The notes under the pieces: model-generated
Seen by the model: the letters and a program-made list of their open reading frames with translations, nothing else
Database searches by the model: none
Told to the model about the DNA's origin: nothing
Source: Vicinamibacterales bacterium
Lineage (GTDB): Bacteria > Acidobacteriota > Vicinamibacteria > Vicinamibacterales > UBA8438
Assembly (NCBI GenBank): GCA_937766455.1
Contig: CALLXD010000005.1
Coordinates: forward strand, 6,364-70,363
Reading direction: 5' to 3'
Length of the DNA stretch: 64,000 nt
Program-made: the position numbers and the translations under genes
Shown: positions 39,375-49,587 of the stretch, in pieces
Numbering within the stretch: position 1 is the stretch's first letter
How the letters are laid out: every line of letters begins with the position of its first letter

Positions 39375-40610
39375 ATGGCAGTTGTTCGTCCGTTCCGCGC
39401 ACTCCGTCCGGAACCGCACGCGGCGGCGGCGGTCGCCGCCGTCCCCTACGACGTGGTCAGCACCGACGAAGCTCGCGCGCTGGCCGCGGGCAAGCCCTTG
39501 AGCTTTCTCCATGTCACCCGTCCAGAGATAGATCTGGCGCCGGGTGTGGACGTCTACGACGCCAGCGTGTACGACACGGCGCGCGTCAACCTGGCTCGAC
39601 TTCGCGAAACAGCCCCGCTCGTGGTCGAGGCGCGGCCGGCGCTGTATGTCTACCAGCTACGGGATGGTGACCACACGCAGGTCGGGGTGGCCGGCTGTTT
39701 CTCGCTGGATGAGTACGACGACAGTACGATCAAGAAGCACGAGCGGACGCGTCCTGACAAGGAAGACGATCGCACCCGACACATGGTGACGATCGAGGCG
39801 CAGACCGGTGTGGTGTTCCTGACCTACCGTCAAACGCCCGACATCGATACCGCCGTTGATCAGGTGTGCGACGGAGAGGCACTCTTCGATTTCGTTGCCT
39901 CGGACGGCATCCGGCACACGGTATGGCGTGCCACCGCTGGCCAGACGGCCGGTCTGGTCGCGGGATTTGGGCCGGTCCCGACCCTCTACATTGCTGACGG
40001 TCATCATCGGGCCGCTAGTGCGGCCCGCGCGCGTCACACACTGGCCACTGCGGCCGGCGGATCCCAGGATGGCGATCACGAGCGCGACTACGTGCTCGCC
40101 GTTGCATTTCCGGACCACCAGACCAGAATTCTTCCCTACAACCGCACGGTGGCTGATCTCGCCGGGGCCCCGCCCGAAGCGTTTCTCGAGCGCGTGTCGG
40201 CCAGGCTCGCGGTCGAGCCGACCAGCGTGACCACGCCGATCAAGGGCGATGCTTCGATGTATCTCAACGGCCGCTGGTACCGCCTTGCGTTGGCTGATGG
40301 CGCCCCTGCGGCCGGGACGGACCCGGTTGGCCGGCTCGACGTATCTGTGCTGCAAGACCAGATATTGGGACCGCTGCTCGACGTGCGGGACATCCGCACG
40401 GACCCCCGCGTGCGGTTCGTGGGGGGGATTCGCGGCACCAGTGAGCTAGAGCAGCTCGTCGACTCGGGGGCGGCGGCAGTCGCTTTCTCGATGGCTGCGG
40501 TCAGTGTCGAGGAATTGCTGGCCATCGCCGATGCCGGTGCCATCATGGCGCCCAAGTCCACCTGGTTCGAGCCGAAGCTTCGCGATGGGCTTCTCACGCA
40601 CCCGATCTGA
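39375..40610 (+). CDS. DUF1015 family protein
   Basis: RPFRALRP, PYDVV, IKKHERT, YIADGHHRAA, PKSTWFEPKLRDGL. Confidence 0.9.
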   Translation: MAVVRPFRALRPEPHAAAAVAAVPYDVVSTDEARALAAGKPLSFLHVTRPEIDLAPGVDVYDASVYDTARVNLARLRETAPLVVEARPALYVYQLRDGDHTQVGVAGCFSLDEYDDSTIKKHERTRPDKEDDRTRHMVTIEAQTGVVFLTYRQTPDIDTAVDQVCDGEALFDFVASDGIRHTVWRATAGQTAGLVAGFGPVPTLYIADGHHRAASAARARHTLATAAGGSQDGDHERDYVLAVAFPDHQTRILPYNRTVADLAGAPPEAFLERVSARLAVEPTSVTTPIKGDASMYLNGRWYRLALADGAPAAGTDPVGRLDVSVLQDQILGPLLDVRDIRTDPRVRFVGGIRGTSELEQLVDSGAAAVAFSMAAVSVEELLAIADAGAIMAPKSTWFEPKLRDGLLTHPI

Positions 40611-40644
40611 CCATGCCTCCAACACCTATCCACCCGAGCTGACC

Positions 40645-41742
40645 ATGCCTTCGACACCCACCCACCGTGTGTTCAACTTCAGCGCCGGCCCGGCGGTTTT
40701 GCCCGAGGCTGTGCTTGAAGAGGCTCAGCGCGATTTGCTGGCGCTCCCCGGCGTCGGTATGTCCATCATGGAGGTCAGTCACCGGTCGGCTGCTTTCGAC
40801 GACGTATTGGAGCGGGCAGAGTCAGATCTGCGGGCGCTCACTGGCCTTGGTGACGACCACCACGTGCTGTTCCTGCAGGGCGGCGCCAGTCAGCAATTCG
40901 CGATGGTGCCCATGAATTTGCTGCCCGCTGACGGTGTCGCGGACTATGTCGTTACCGGGAGCTGGGCGAAGAAGGCGTCGGTCGAAGCCGCCAAATTTGG
41001 TCGTGTCAATGTCTGTGCGACCACCGAACCAGAGGCGTTTTCCCGCGTGCCGTCGGCTGACGAACTGCACCCCACGCGAGGCGCCGCGTACGTGCATGTC
41101 ACGTCCAACAACACCATCGTCGGCACGCAGTGGCCGACTTGGCCAGAGGTCGGAGACAGCCCGCTGGTCGTCGATGCCTCATCGGATCTGCTCTGTCGTC
41201 CGGTGGATGCGAACCGATGCGGGGTGATCTACGCCGGTGCGCAGAAGAACCTGGGCCCGGCCGGTCTGACGTTGGTGGTGATCCGAAAAGACCTGGCCGA
41301 GCGTGGGCCCGAGTCCATTCCAACCACCCTGCGCTACTCCGTCGCGGCCAAACACGGGTCTCGGTACAACACCCCGCCGGTCTTTGCGATCTATTTGTTT
41401 GGGCTGGTGATGCACTGGCTCCGGCAGTCTGGGGGGCTGGTCGAGATGGAGGCGCGGAACCGCCGCAAAGCTGGCTTGCTCTACGACGCCATCGACCGCA
41501 CCGGTTTCTACCGCGGCACAGCACACCCGGGAAGTCGCTCGCTCATGAACGTCACGTTCAGATTGCCGACAGAGGAGCTCGAGCGCCAGTTTGTGGTGGA
41601 GGCCAACGCAGCGGGCTTGTCGGGACTCAAGGGACACCGGTCGGTTGGCGGACAGCGCGCCTCGATTTACAACGCGTTCCCTGAAGCTGGTGTCGCCGCA
41701 CTCGTCGACTTCATGGACCACTTCGAACGAACCCACGGCTAG
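40645..41742 (+). CDS. serC: Phosphoserine aminotransferase
   Basis: FNFSAGPA, EVSHRS, LQGGAS, GAQKNLGPAG, YNTPP, GHRSVGG.RASIYNA. Confidence 0.96.
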   Translation: MPSTPTHRVFNFSAGPAVLPEAVLEEAQRDLLALPGVGMSIMEVSHRSAAFDDVLERAESDLRALTGLGDDHHVLFLQGGASQQFAMVPMNLLPADGVADYVVTGSWAKKASVEAAKFGRVNVCATTEPEAFSRVPSADELHPTRGAAYVHVTSNNTIVGTQWPTWPEVGDSPLVVDASSDLLCRPVDANRCGVIYAGAQKNLGPAGLTLVVIRKDLAERGPESIPTTLRYSVAAKHGSRYNTPPVFAIYLFGLVMHWLRQSGGLVEMEARNRRKAGLLYDAIDRTGFYRGTAHPGSRSLMNVTFRLPTEELERQFVVEANAAGLSGLKGHRSVGGQRASIYNAFPEAGVAALVDFMDHFERTHG

Positions 41743-41924
41743 CCGGTTGCCGCAGAGCGGCTCAGCTCACGGATGCAGACCCTGCGTAGTTTTTACCTCG
41801 GTGTCTGGCGGGGGTCCAGGCGTACCACCCGCTGGTTTCCCTGGTTGTGGTAGCGTTAATCGGTCACCGACAGATTGCCTTCAGGCCGGTTCATCACCCG
41901 TAAAAGGCCCTTTCCCCCACTCCC

Positions 41925-42752
41925 GTGAGACAGGTTCAAGGTTCGGTCGTCTGCCCCCAGTGCGGCCGGTTGGTGGGCGTCAACGAAGAGAAGTGCCCGT
42001 TTTGTGGCTCGTGGCGGCCGGGGCTATTCGGCTGGGCGTCCGTCCTTCGGCGTGCCATGGGGGGGCGGCTGGACCTCTTCGATCTGATCGCCGGTGCCTG
42101 CGCCACCCTCTACGCGCTAGCCCTGCTGCTTGACCCAAGCGCGATCTTTCAGATGAACGGGCTGATGTCGATCCTCTCGCCGGGGGGCCGCGCGCTCTAT
42201 CAGCTCGGGATGACGGGCGGGGTCGCCTGGGCTCAGGGATGGTGGTGGACCGTCTTCACTGCCATGTATCTGCACGGCAGTTTGCTCCACATCGTGTTCA
42301 ACGTCATGTGGATCCGAAATCTCGGTCCCAGTGTCACCCAGGTGTACGGACCGGGCCGCGCTTTCCTGCTGTTCAACATTGCCGGGGTCGGCAGCTTCCT
42401 GGCCTCCAACGTGATGAGCGGGGTGCCCACCATTGGCGCGTCGGGGAGTATCTTCGGTTTGCTCGCCGCCTTGATCGTGTACGGGCGTCGCCGAGGCAGT
42501 TCCATGATGACCCAACAGCTCTGGCAGTGGGCGATCATCCTCGGGGTGTTCGGGTTCATCATGCCCGGGATCAACAACTGGGCTCACGGCGGCGGATTTG
42601 CGGCCGGTTGGATCGCGGCCCAGTTCATGCCCCTCGACGACGACCGGCAAGACAGTAGCTGGGTCCTGCTGGCCTCGCTCGGCTGCATCGTGATGGCCGT
42701 GGTGGGCGTCGGTCTCTCGTTCGTGCGGGTGACCAGCATCCTGCTGGGGTAG
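41925..42752 (+). CDS. Rhomboid intramembrane protease with N-terminal zinc ribbon
   Basis: CPQC...CPFC; HGSLLHIVFN, GASG, NWAHGGG. Confidence 0.92.
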   Translation: MRQVQGSVVCPQCGRLVGVNEEKCPFCGSWRPGLFGWASVLRRAMGGRLDLFDLIAGACATLYALALLLDPSAIFQMNGLMSILSPGGRALYQLGMTGGVAWAQGWWWTVFTAMYLHGSLLHIVFNVMWIRNLGPSVTQVYGPGRAFLLFNIAGVGSFLASNVMSGVPTIGASGSIFGLLAALIVYGRRRGSSMMTQQLWQWAIILGVFGFIMPGINNWAHGGGFAAGWIAAQFMPLDDDRQDSSWVLLASLGCIVMAVVGVGLSFVRVTSILLG

Positions 42753-42794
42753 ACCCTCGGTTTCTCCCGACGACGATCCGGTCTTCGGGCGGGG

Positions 42795-44135
42795 TCAGGC
42801 GCTGTTCCCGGGTTCTCCGCTGCCACCCTGTTCAGACGTGCCGCCCCCGTCGCCCTTACGTGGTCCGCGTCGCCGTCGCCGTCGCCGTCTCTTCGGCCGC
42901 GGGCCGTCGTCTTGCGCGTCCAACGCCTGGGCGGCGTCGACCCGCCACTGGTCGGCTGACTCCGGCGTGTCACTGTGAATCTCCATCCACGTGAGAGTGT
43001 CGGCGAACGCCGAGCGCTGCGTCAGCGTCCGTTTGGCGCGCGGGGACAGCGGCTCGCCGGTGAGGCGCGTGTGCAGATCGAAGATCTGTCGGAGTCGCTC
43101 CACGTCACGTCTCGCGACCGGCAGTAGACCCAGCGCCACTTCGAGAGGACGCTTCGTCAGCGGTTCCCGCGCGGCGCGGCGACGAGGGCGCTCGATTGCA
43201 GTGAACGAGGAGACCAGGCTCCCGAGCAGCACGGCGTTACAGAGACCCGGCGGACTGTCATCGAAGCGTCGGCGGTACCGGTCGAGCGCGGCGAGTGACC
43301 GCCAAAGTCCGTCCGATCGCGCCCTGTCCAGCTCTGGCGCTATGTGACTCAGGAGGCCCGTGTCACCGAGATCCCGGATGATCCGCTCGGACGAGCCGCT
43401 GCGGCCAATCTTGTAGAGTTCTTCGACGAGCCGCGCGGGCGAGCTGTGCACGATTTCCCCGCGATGCCGGCGGATGGCCGCGCTGACGGCCGGATCAATG
43501 GTGAGGTCGAGTCTCGCGGCCAGGACCACCGCCCGCAGCATGCGTACCGGATCTTCCAGGAAACGTTCGTTCGGGTCACCGATGCTCCGGATCGTGCGGT
43601 TCCGGATGTCTCGCATCCCGTCGACGTAGTCCAGGATTGAGCGATCCGATGCGTCGTAGAACAGTGCGTTGATCGTGAAGTCGCGGCGAAACGCGTCTTC
43701 CTCGGCCGTGCCGAAGGTGTTATCGCGAGGGATGATCCGCCGCGCCTTGGTGCCGTTCTGGGCCGCGGTCTCACGGCGCGTTGCTTGTTCGGCTTCGCGA
43801 GCCGCCCGCTCGGTGTCGGTTTCCGGCGGCACCTGCTTTCGGAACGTCGCGACCTCCAGGGTCTTGTCCCCGAATTTGATGTGCGCCAGGCGAAATCGGC
43901 GTCCGATAATCCAGCAATTTCGGAACAGCTTCTTGATTTGCTGCGGGTTGGCCGCTGTGCCGAGGTCGAAATCCTTCGGACGTCGTTCGAGCAACAGGTC
44001 TCGAACACCGCCGCCGACCAGGTACGTCTCGAACTCGTTCTGGTGGAGTCTGCGGATGACCTTGAGGGCGTCGGAGTCGATATTCCGGCTGGAGAGATTG
44101 TGCTCTGACCGTGCTATATGTGTGGGTCCTGCCAT
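42795..44135 (-). CDS. pcnB: Poly(A) polymerase I
   Basis: VGGGVRDLL..PKDFD, PAP-specific IIGRRFRLAHI, RRDFTINAL, EDPVRMLR, Arg-rich tail. Confidence 0.9.
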   Translation of the reverse strand: MAGPTHIARSEHNLSSRNIDSDALKVIRRLHQNEFETYLVGGGVRDLLLERRPKDFDLGTAANPQQIKKLFRNCWIIGRRFRLAHIKFGDKTLEVATFRKQVPPETDTERAAREAEQATRRETAAQNGTKARRIIPRDNTFGTAEEDAFRRDFTINALFYDASDRSILDYVDGMRDIRNRTIRSIGDPNERFLEDPVRMLRAVVLAARLDLTIDPAVSAAIRRHRGEIVHSSPARLVEELYKIGRSGSSERIIRDLGDTGLLSHIAPELDRARSDGLWRSLAALDRYRRRFDDSPPGLCNAVLLGSLVSSFTAIERPRRRAAREPLTKRPLEVALGLLPVARRDVERLRQIFDLHTRLTGEPLSPRAKRTLTQRSAFADTLTWMEIHSDTPESADQWRVDAAQALDAQDDGPRPKRRRRRRRRGPRKGDGGGTSEQGGSGEPGNSA

Positions 44136-44175
44136 TTAGTGTCCTGACACGCCCGAAAATTATACAACCTCGTCG

Positions 44176-46851
44176 TCAGCCCTTGGCCGACATCCAGTTG
44201 TCACCGACACCGAGGTCGACCGTCAGCGGCACCCGCAGGTCGGCGGCCTTGGCCATCCGCTCGCGGACCAGAACCGCGACGGCGTCGGCTTCGTCAGCCG
44301 GTGCCTCGATGACCAGCTCGTCGTGCACGGTCAGGATCATGGGCGACGAGGGGGGCAGCCGGTCCGCGAGGTCGATCATGGCTCGCTTCAGAATGTCAGC
44401 CGCCGTGCCCTGGATCGGCATGTTCACGGTGACGCGCTCCGCGGCGGCCCGAATCTGCCCGTTGCGACTGTTCAGTTCCGGCACGAGTCGGCGTCGGCCG
44501 TACATGGTTCGGACCTCGCCGGCCTCCCGGGCCTGTTCGAGCACCGCCTCCAGGAAACCACGAACTTGCGGATAGCCCGCGAAATACGCGTCGATGAACG
44601 CCTGGGCGTCGTGCGGGGTCACCCCAATGTCGCGCGAGAGCGTGAACGCCGTCTTCCCGTAGAGCAGGGCATAGTTGATGATCTTGGCCCGTCGTCGGAG
44701 TTCGTGCGGGTCGAGGCCGCTGTCGTCTCCGAACACCCGGTGCGCGGTCTGGTCGTGAATGTCTTCGTCACGAACAAACGCGTCGATGAGGGTGCTGTCT
44801 TCCGAAAGGTGAGCCAGCACGCGCAGCTCGATCTGCGAGTAATCGGCCGAGATCAGCCGATGGCCGTCGCGGGCGATGAACGCGCGGCGGATATCGCGAC
44901 CAAGCGGCGTGCGGATCGGAATATTTTGAAGGTTGGGGTCGCTGCTGCTCAGGCGACCCGTCGAGGCAACCGCCTGGTTGAAGGACGTGTGGACCCGACC
45001 CGTCGTGGGGCGAACCAGTTGCGGCAAGGCGTCGACATACGTGCCTTTGAGTTTCTGGATGCCGCGCCATTCGACGACGAGCCGTGGCAGCTCGTGGCGC
45101 TCGGCCAGATCGTCGAGCACATCGGCCGACGTGGAGGCGACCCGGGTTTTTCCTGTCTTCCGGCCAGCGGGCAGCCCCAGTTTGTCGAACAAGATGGCGG
45201 AGAGTTGGCGGGGAGAGTTGACGTTGAACTCCTCGCCCGCCAGCGTGAAGATCTGTGCTTGCAGGTCGGCCAGTTCGCCGTCCATCCGTTGTGACTGCGT
45301 AGCCAGGGCACCCGTGTCGATCCGGACGCCGCAGGTTTCTATGGCGGCCAGCACCGGAAGCAGTGGGTGTTCCAGCTCTCGATAGAGGGTCTCCAAGCCC
45401 TGCTCCTCAAGCTGGGTCCGTACCCGGTCTGCTGCCTGGAGGGGCAGATCGGCTCGCTCGCACGCGAAGGGGAGCACGACGTCTGGCGGCAGCTGGTCAA
45501 AACCGAGCGCCTTGGCGCCTTTGCCCCTGACCGCCTCGGTGGTCAGGGCCTGGTAGCCGATCACCTCGAGCGCGACCGTTTCGAGCGTCGGTGTTGCGCG
45601 GGTGGCCTCCAGCAGGTAGCTGGCGACCATTGTGTCGAGTTCGAGACCCCTCAGCTCAATCTCGCATGTGGCGAGCCACAGCATCTCTCGCTTGAGGTCG
45701 TGCCCGACCTTGCTGACGTCCGGGTCCTCAAGAATCGGTCCCAAGGCGGCAAAGACCGTGCGATCGTCGAGACTACCGCTCAGATCGAGTCCCTCGCGCG
45801 CCAACGGGACGTACCACCCTGACCGCGAGGCGGTCGAAAACGCGAGTCCAACTATTCCGTTGCGCGTCGGGGGCCCGCCGACCGTCAGCACATGTAGTCC
45901 GCATCGCCCGGCTGTGCGGAGGGTCGCGGCCAGGGCGTCGAGGTCGCCGGTCTCAGTAACGAGGCGGTAATCGGTGACGACGGTATCGGCCGTCGGCGCG
46001 TATTCGCCGAGCAGCGACTTGAATCCCAGCGCCGAAAACAGCCTGAAACAACGCTCCCGGTCCGGGCCGCGGTAGCGAAACTGGTCTGGCTCGTCGGCCA
46101 CCGGCACATCAAGGCGGATTTGCACCAGATTCCGGCTGTGGCGGGCGTCCTCAGCATGTTCGGTCAGTGCAGTGCGGTATTTCTTCTTCGGCAGCTCCGA
46201 CGCCCCCGCCAGTAGCTCGTCGAGCGTGCCGAAGCTCGTCACGAGCTCACGTGCGCCCTTTTCACCGATGCCCGGCACGCCCTTGATGTTGTCGCTGGTG
46301 TCGCCCATCAGCGCCAGCATGTCGACGACCTGGTTCGGACTCACGCCAAACTTCTCACGGACACCGTCCGCGTCGTACCAGATGCCGTCATCCCGTGGGT
46401 TAAAGACGTGGATGCGGTCGTTCACGAGCTGGAAGAAATCTTTGTCGCCCGTGACGATGACCACGTCCATTCCGTTCGTCGCCGCCCGCGTGGCCAGCGT
46501 GCCAATGACATCGTCGGCTTCGAACCCCTGATGCGTCACGATAGGGACACCCAGGGCCTGGCAGGCTTCATGCACCCCCTCCACCTGCTCCACCAGGTCC
46601 TCCGGCATCGGTCGTCGGTTGGCTTTGTACTCCTGGTCGATCTCGTTCCGGAAGGTGGGCCCCCGCAGGTCGAAAGCGGCCGCCATGTGCTCAGGCTTCT
46701 GGTCGCTGATCAGCTTGCGGAGCATGGTGATAAAGCCATAGACCGCGTTGGTCGAGCGCCCGTCCGGACCCGTCAGGGCGCGGATCGCGTGATACGCCCG
46801 ATACATCTGGTTGTTTCCGTCAATGAGGACGAGGCGGGGGGGGGAGGACAT
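44176..46851 (-). CDS. polA: DNA polymerase I
   Basis: 5' nuclease (EADDVIGT, GDTSDNIKGVPGIG), TGRLSSSDPNLQNIP, DYSQIELR, AKIINY..LYG, VHDEL. Confidence 0.97.
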   Translation of the reverse strand: MSSPPRLVLIDGNNQMYRAYHAIRALTGPDGRSTNAVYGFITMLRKLISDQKPEHMAAAFDLRGPTFRNEIDQEYKANRRPMPEDLVEQVEGVHEACQALGVPIVTHQGFEADDVIGTLATRAATNGMDVVIVTGDKDFFQLVNDRIHVFNPRDDGIWYDADGVREKFGVSPNQVVDMLALMGDTSDNIKGVPGIGEKGARELVTSFGTLDELLAGASELPKKKYRTALTEHAEDARHSRNLVQIRLDVPVADEPDQFRYRGPDRERCFRLFSALGFKSLLGEYAPTADTVVTDYRLVTETGDLDALAATLRTAGRCGLHVLTVGGPPTRNGIVGLAFSTASRSGWYVPLAREGLDLSGSLDDRTVFAALGPILEDPDVSKVGHDLKREMLWLATCEIELRGLELDTMVASYLLEATRATPTLETVALEVIGYQALTTEAVRGKGAKALGFDQLPPDVVLPFACERADLPLQAADRVRTQLEEQGLETLYRELEHPLLPVLAAIETCGVRIDTGALATQSQRMDGELADLQAQIFTLAGEEFNVNSPRQLSAILFDKLGLPAGRKTGKTRVASTSADVLDDLAERHELPRLVVEWRGIQKLKGTYVDALPQLVRPTTGRVHTSFNQAVASTGRLSSSDPNLQNIPIRTPLGRDIRRAFIARDGHRLISADYSQIELRVLAHLSEDSTLIDAFVRDEDIHDQTAHRVFGDDSGLDPHELRRRAKIINYALLYGKTAFTLSRDIGVTPHDAQAFIDAYFAGYPQVRGFLEAVLEQAREAGEVRTMYGRRRLVPELNSRNGQIRAAAERVTVNMPIQGTAADILKRAMIDLADRLPPSSPMILTVHDELVIEAPADEADAVAVLVRERMAKAADLRVPLTVDLGVGDNWMSAKG

Positions 46852-46929
46852 GGCGGCCGTCAGAGTATACCGGGCCGCCGATTCGCGTTCGGCGTCGATA
46901 ACACATTCTGAGGGGCGATGGAGCGGAGG

Positions 46930-47658
46930 TCAGAGCAGCACGATGGTGCCGACGCCAAGCGCGATCATCACCACTTGGCGAACCGCGCCGACGTCCGCCG
47001 TTTCGCGGTGCAGGCCCGGGATCAAGTCGGACATGGCGACGTAGAGGAAACTCCCGGCCGCGAACGCCAGCACAGACGGCAGCGCGCTCGGCGCCGCCCC
47101 CGCGGCCAGGTAGACCGCGACGGCGCCCAGCATGCACGTGGATGCCGACACGGCGTTGAGCACGAACGCGCGTGACCGCGAGTAGCCGGCGTCGAGCAAG
47201 ATTGCGAAATCGCCCACTTCCTGGGGGACTTGGTGGGCCGCCACGGCCAGAGCTGTCGTGAGTCCGAGCGGAAGCGATGTGAGCACGGCCGCGCCGACGA
47301 TGGCGCCATCGGTGAAGTTGTGGAGACCGCCCCCGATGAGGATCAGGGTCGCGCTGGTTTCATGTGCATTGCAGTCAGCGGTGTGACAGTGCCGCCAGAG
47401 GACCAGCTTTTCGAGCATGAAGAAGGTGAGGATGCCGGCCAGCAGCGCGCCGAGTGCGGTCGAGGCCTCCACGGACTCCAGCGCCTCCGGCACCAGCTTC
47501 AGCAGCGCGACCCCGAGCAAGGCGCCCACCGCGTAGCTGATCAGGTCGGGCACGACCTGAAGGCGAGTGTCGCGGCGCAACAACAGGAGCGGCGACGCCA
47601 GCAGCACGCCACCACCACTGCCCACCAGACTGAAGCCGATCGCCGCGAGCAAGTCCAC
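46930..47658 (-). CDS. ZIP-family metal transporter
   Basis: WRHCH, LHNFTDG, AHQVPQEVGDF, FLYVAMSDLIP. Confidence 0.9.
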   Translation of the reverse strand: MDLLAAIGFSLVGSGGGVLLASPLLLLRRDTRLQVVPDLISYAVGALLGVALLKLVPEALESVEASTALGALLAGILTFFMLEKLVLWRHCHTADCNAHETSATLILIGGGLHNFTDGAIVGAAVLTSLPLGLTTALAVAAHQVPQEVGDFAILLDAGYSRSRAFVLNAVSASTCMLGAVAVYLAAGAAPSALPSVLAFAAGSFLYVAMSDLIPGLHRETADVGAVRQVVMIALGVGTIVLL

Positions 47659-47695
47659 GCGCCGGATGATAGCAGAGGGGTGCGGCGCGGCGCCT

Positions 47696-48775
47696 TCAGG
47701 GCAACGCGGTGTATCCGCGGCGGGCTCGGACGCGGTAGGCGGAGTCTCGCACTTCCACTCGGATGGCATGCCAGCGGCCGTCCGGCTCCGCCTGGGAGGG
47801 ATACCCCAGGTAGTACTGCTGGCTCAGCTCACGCGCGATGCCGGCCGTGGCCGGCTCGAGGTCTCCGATGTCACGGACAATCTCCGTCCGGCCCCCGCTG
47901 TCATCGGTCAGGTCTCGCAGCGCGGACACGTTGACGCGGTCATCCTGATTGCCGCCCGCGGTGCGGCCTCCTGGCATCTGCGGCGCCCGGCGGCCCCCGC
48001 CCGGAAACGGAAAGGGGCTCGGGATGCGTCCCGGGGATGGGATCGGCAGGGACCGCCCCCCGGCGGTCCACCCGGGACGGCGAGCGTCTCCGTCAATGCC
48101 GATGGCGTAGACCAGGGCCTCGCTGTCACGGATGCGTTCCCGAAGCGCCCTGACGTCGGTCTCGCTGTTGGTGTCGTTGCCATCAGAAATGATCAGCAGC
48201 GCCTTCTTGACATGCTGACCTTCCTCGACTCGCGGCACCGACTCGGCCACGGCGTCGTACAGCGCCGTTCCGCCCCGGGGCCGAATTCCACGCAGCGCAC
48301 GGCTGACCCGGTCTCGGTCCGTCGTCCAGTCCTGCAGCAAATCGGGCGTGTAGTTGAATTCGTACAGGAAGAGTTCGTCATCTGGAGCCAGCAGGTCGTA
48401 CAAGAAGCGGTCGAGGGCGCTGCGTGCAGCATCCATCTTCCGTCCTTCCATGCTGCCACTGGTGTCGAGCGCGATACCCAAGCTGACGGGCACGCGCTCG
48501 TTGCTGAACTGTGTCACGTCCACCTCCTCACCATCTTCGTAGATGGTGAAGTCCGCCTGCGTGAGCCCGCTGACGAAGCGACCGCGGGCGTCTGTCACAG
48601 TGGCCGTGACGTTGATCAGGTTGACGCCGGTACGGAAGACAAAGCGCTGGGCCTCGTCGTTGGTCTCCGCTGCGGAGTCGGATGCCTGGTCGGTGCTTCG
48701 GGGCGGCTGTTGACCAGCGAGGACGATGGGGACGACGGCCAGCACGAGCGCCGACAGCGTCAGGCGGGTGCTCAT
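47696..48775 (-). CDS. Exported VWA-domain protein (acidobacterial VWFA-related type)
   Basis: FRTGVNLINVTATVTD, MIDAS DTSGSM, TALYDAV, ISDGND, QYYLGY, VRARRGY. Confidence 0.9.
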   Translation of the reverse strand: MSTRLTLSALVLAVVPIVLAGQQPPRSTDQASDSAAETNDEAQRFVFRTGVNLINVTATVTDARGRFVSGLTQADFTIYEDGEEVDVTQFSNERVPVSLGIALDTSGSMEGRKMDAARSALDRFLYDLLAPDDELFLYEFNYTPDLLQDWTTDRDRVSRALRGIRPRGGTALYDAVAESVPRVEEGQHVKKALLIISDGNDTNSETDVRALRERIRDSEALVYAIGIDGDARRPGWTAGGRSLPIPSPGRIPSPFPFPGGGRRAPQMPGGRTAGGNQDDRVNVSALRDLTDDSGGRTEIVRDIGDLEPATAGIARELSQQYYLGYPSQAEPDGRWHAIRVEVRDSAYRVRARRGYTALP

Positions 48776-49560
48776 GGCTGGTCTCCTGCCGCCGGTGTGG
48801 CGAGCGGCGTCGCGTCGGCCATCTGCCGGCGATCGATGTGCGGGACACGGGTCTGGTCCTGCGCAAAGCTGATTCGATAGCGATTGATCCGGTCGGCGTC
48901 GGGCATGGAGATCGTGAACGGTGTTTCGGTGCCTGGAGCCAGTGCCCGCACCGGGAGTGGGGTCTGCCCCGTCCCAATCTGGGTTCCGTCCTCGTCGAAC
49001 ACGGTCGCCATGACGCTCAGCCGTCCGTGCTCCATGCCGTCGGCCGGGTTGCGCACCGCCCCGGAGATCGCCAGATACTCACCCTGTCTGGCGTGCGCCA
49101 GCGAGAGTAGCTCCACCGGCGTGGACTGTTCTGACATCACGGGTAGAGCGTCGTCGCGCAGGCCCCATCGCGATGGTTGCCACCGCCACGACAACGAGGC
49201 CGGCTGCCACGGCGGCGAGGATCGGACGGCCCCACCCGGAAGGCCCGGCCACCGCGCCGAGCAGCGGTGCGCGCGGTTCTGTGACAGGACGGTGGATCTG
49301 GGCGAGCTGTGATCGTTGTCGGACACATCGGAGCCACACCGGGTGTCGAGTGCCCGCGGTGGCGGCATGTCACGCGACCTCGGCTGCGACGGCAGGCCCG
49401 CGTTCGTGCCACGGGTGCGATCGAGTTCCGCGATTAGCGCCGCGACCCGGGCGTCGGAACGCCGCCGTTCTTCTCGAATGACGCGCCAGGCCACGATGCC
49501 CATGGCGAATGCCATGGACAGCGAAATGGCGGTCACACTGACTAGCGCGATATCCATCAT
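48772..49560 (-). CDS. Membrane-anchored FxLYD/DUF3426-like Ig-fold protein; middle probably mis-framed by compensating indels
   Basis: N-terminal TM, ERRRSDARVAAL; C-terminal ISGAVRNP...VFDEDG...LAPGTETPF; second TM (ILAAVAAGLVVVAVATIAMG) lies in an alternate frame. Confidence 0.7.
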   Translation of the reverse strand: MMDIALVSVTAISLSMAFAMGIVAWRVIREERRRSDARVAALIAELDRTRGTNAGLPSQPRSRDMPPPRALDTRCGSDVSDNDHSSPRSTVLSQNRAHRCSARWPGLPGGAVRSSPPWQPASLSWRWQPSRWGLRDDALPVMSEQSTPVELLSLAHARQGEYLAISGAVRNPADGMEHGRLSVMATVFDEDGTQIGTGQTPLPVRALAPGTETPFTISMPDADRINRYRISFAQDQTRVPHIDRRQMADATPLATPAAGDQP

Positions 49561-49587
49561 CTCTTCCTATCTCTCGTGCCGCGACGC

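Noticed and set aside
42795-44135. CCA-adding enzyme
   Set aside because: Contains the poly(A)-polymerase-specific IIGRRFxLxHI motif
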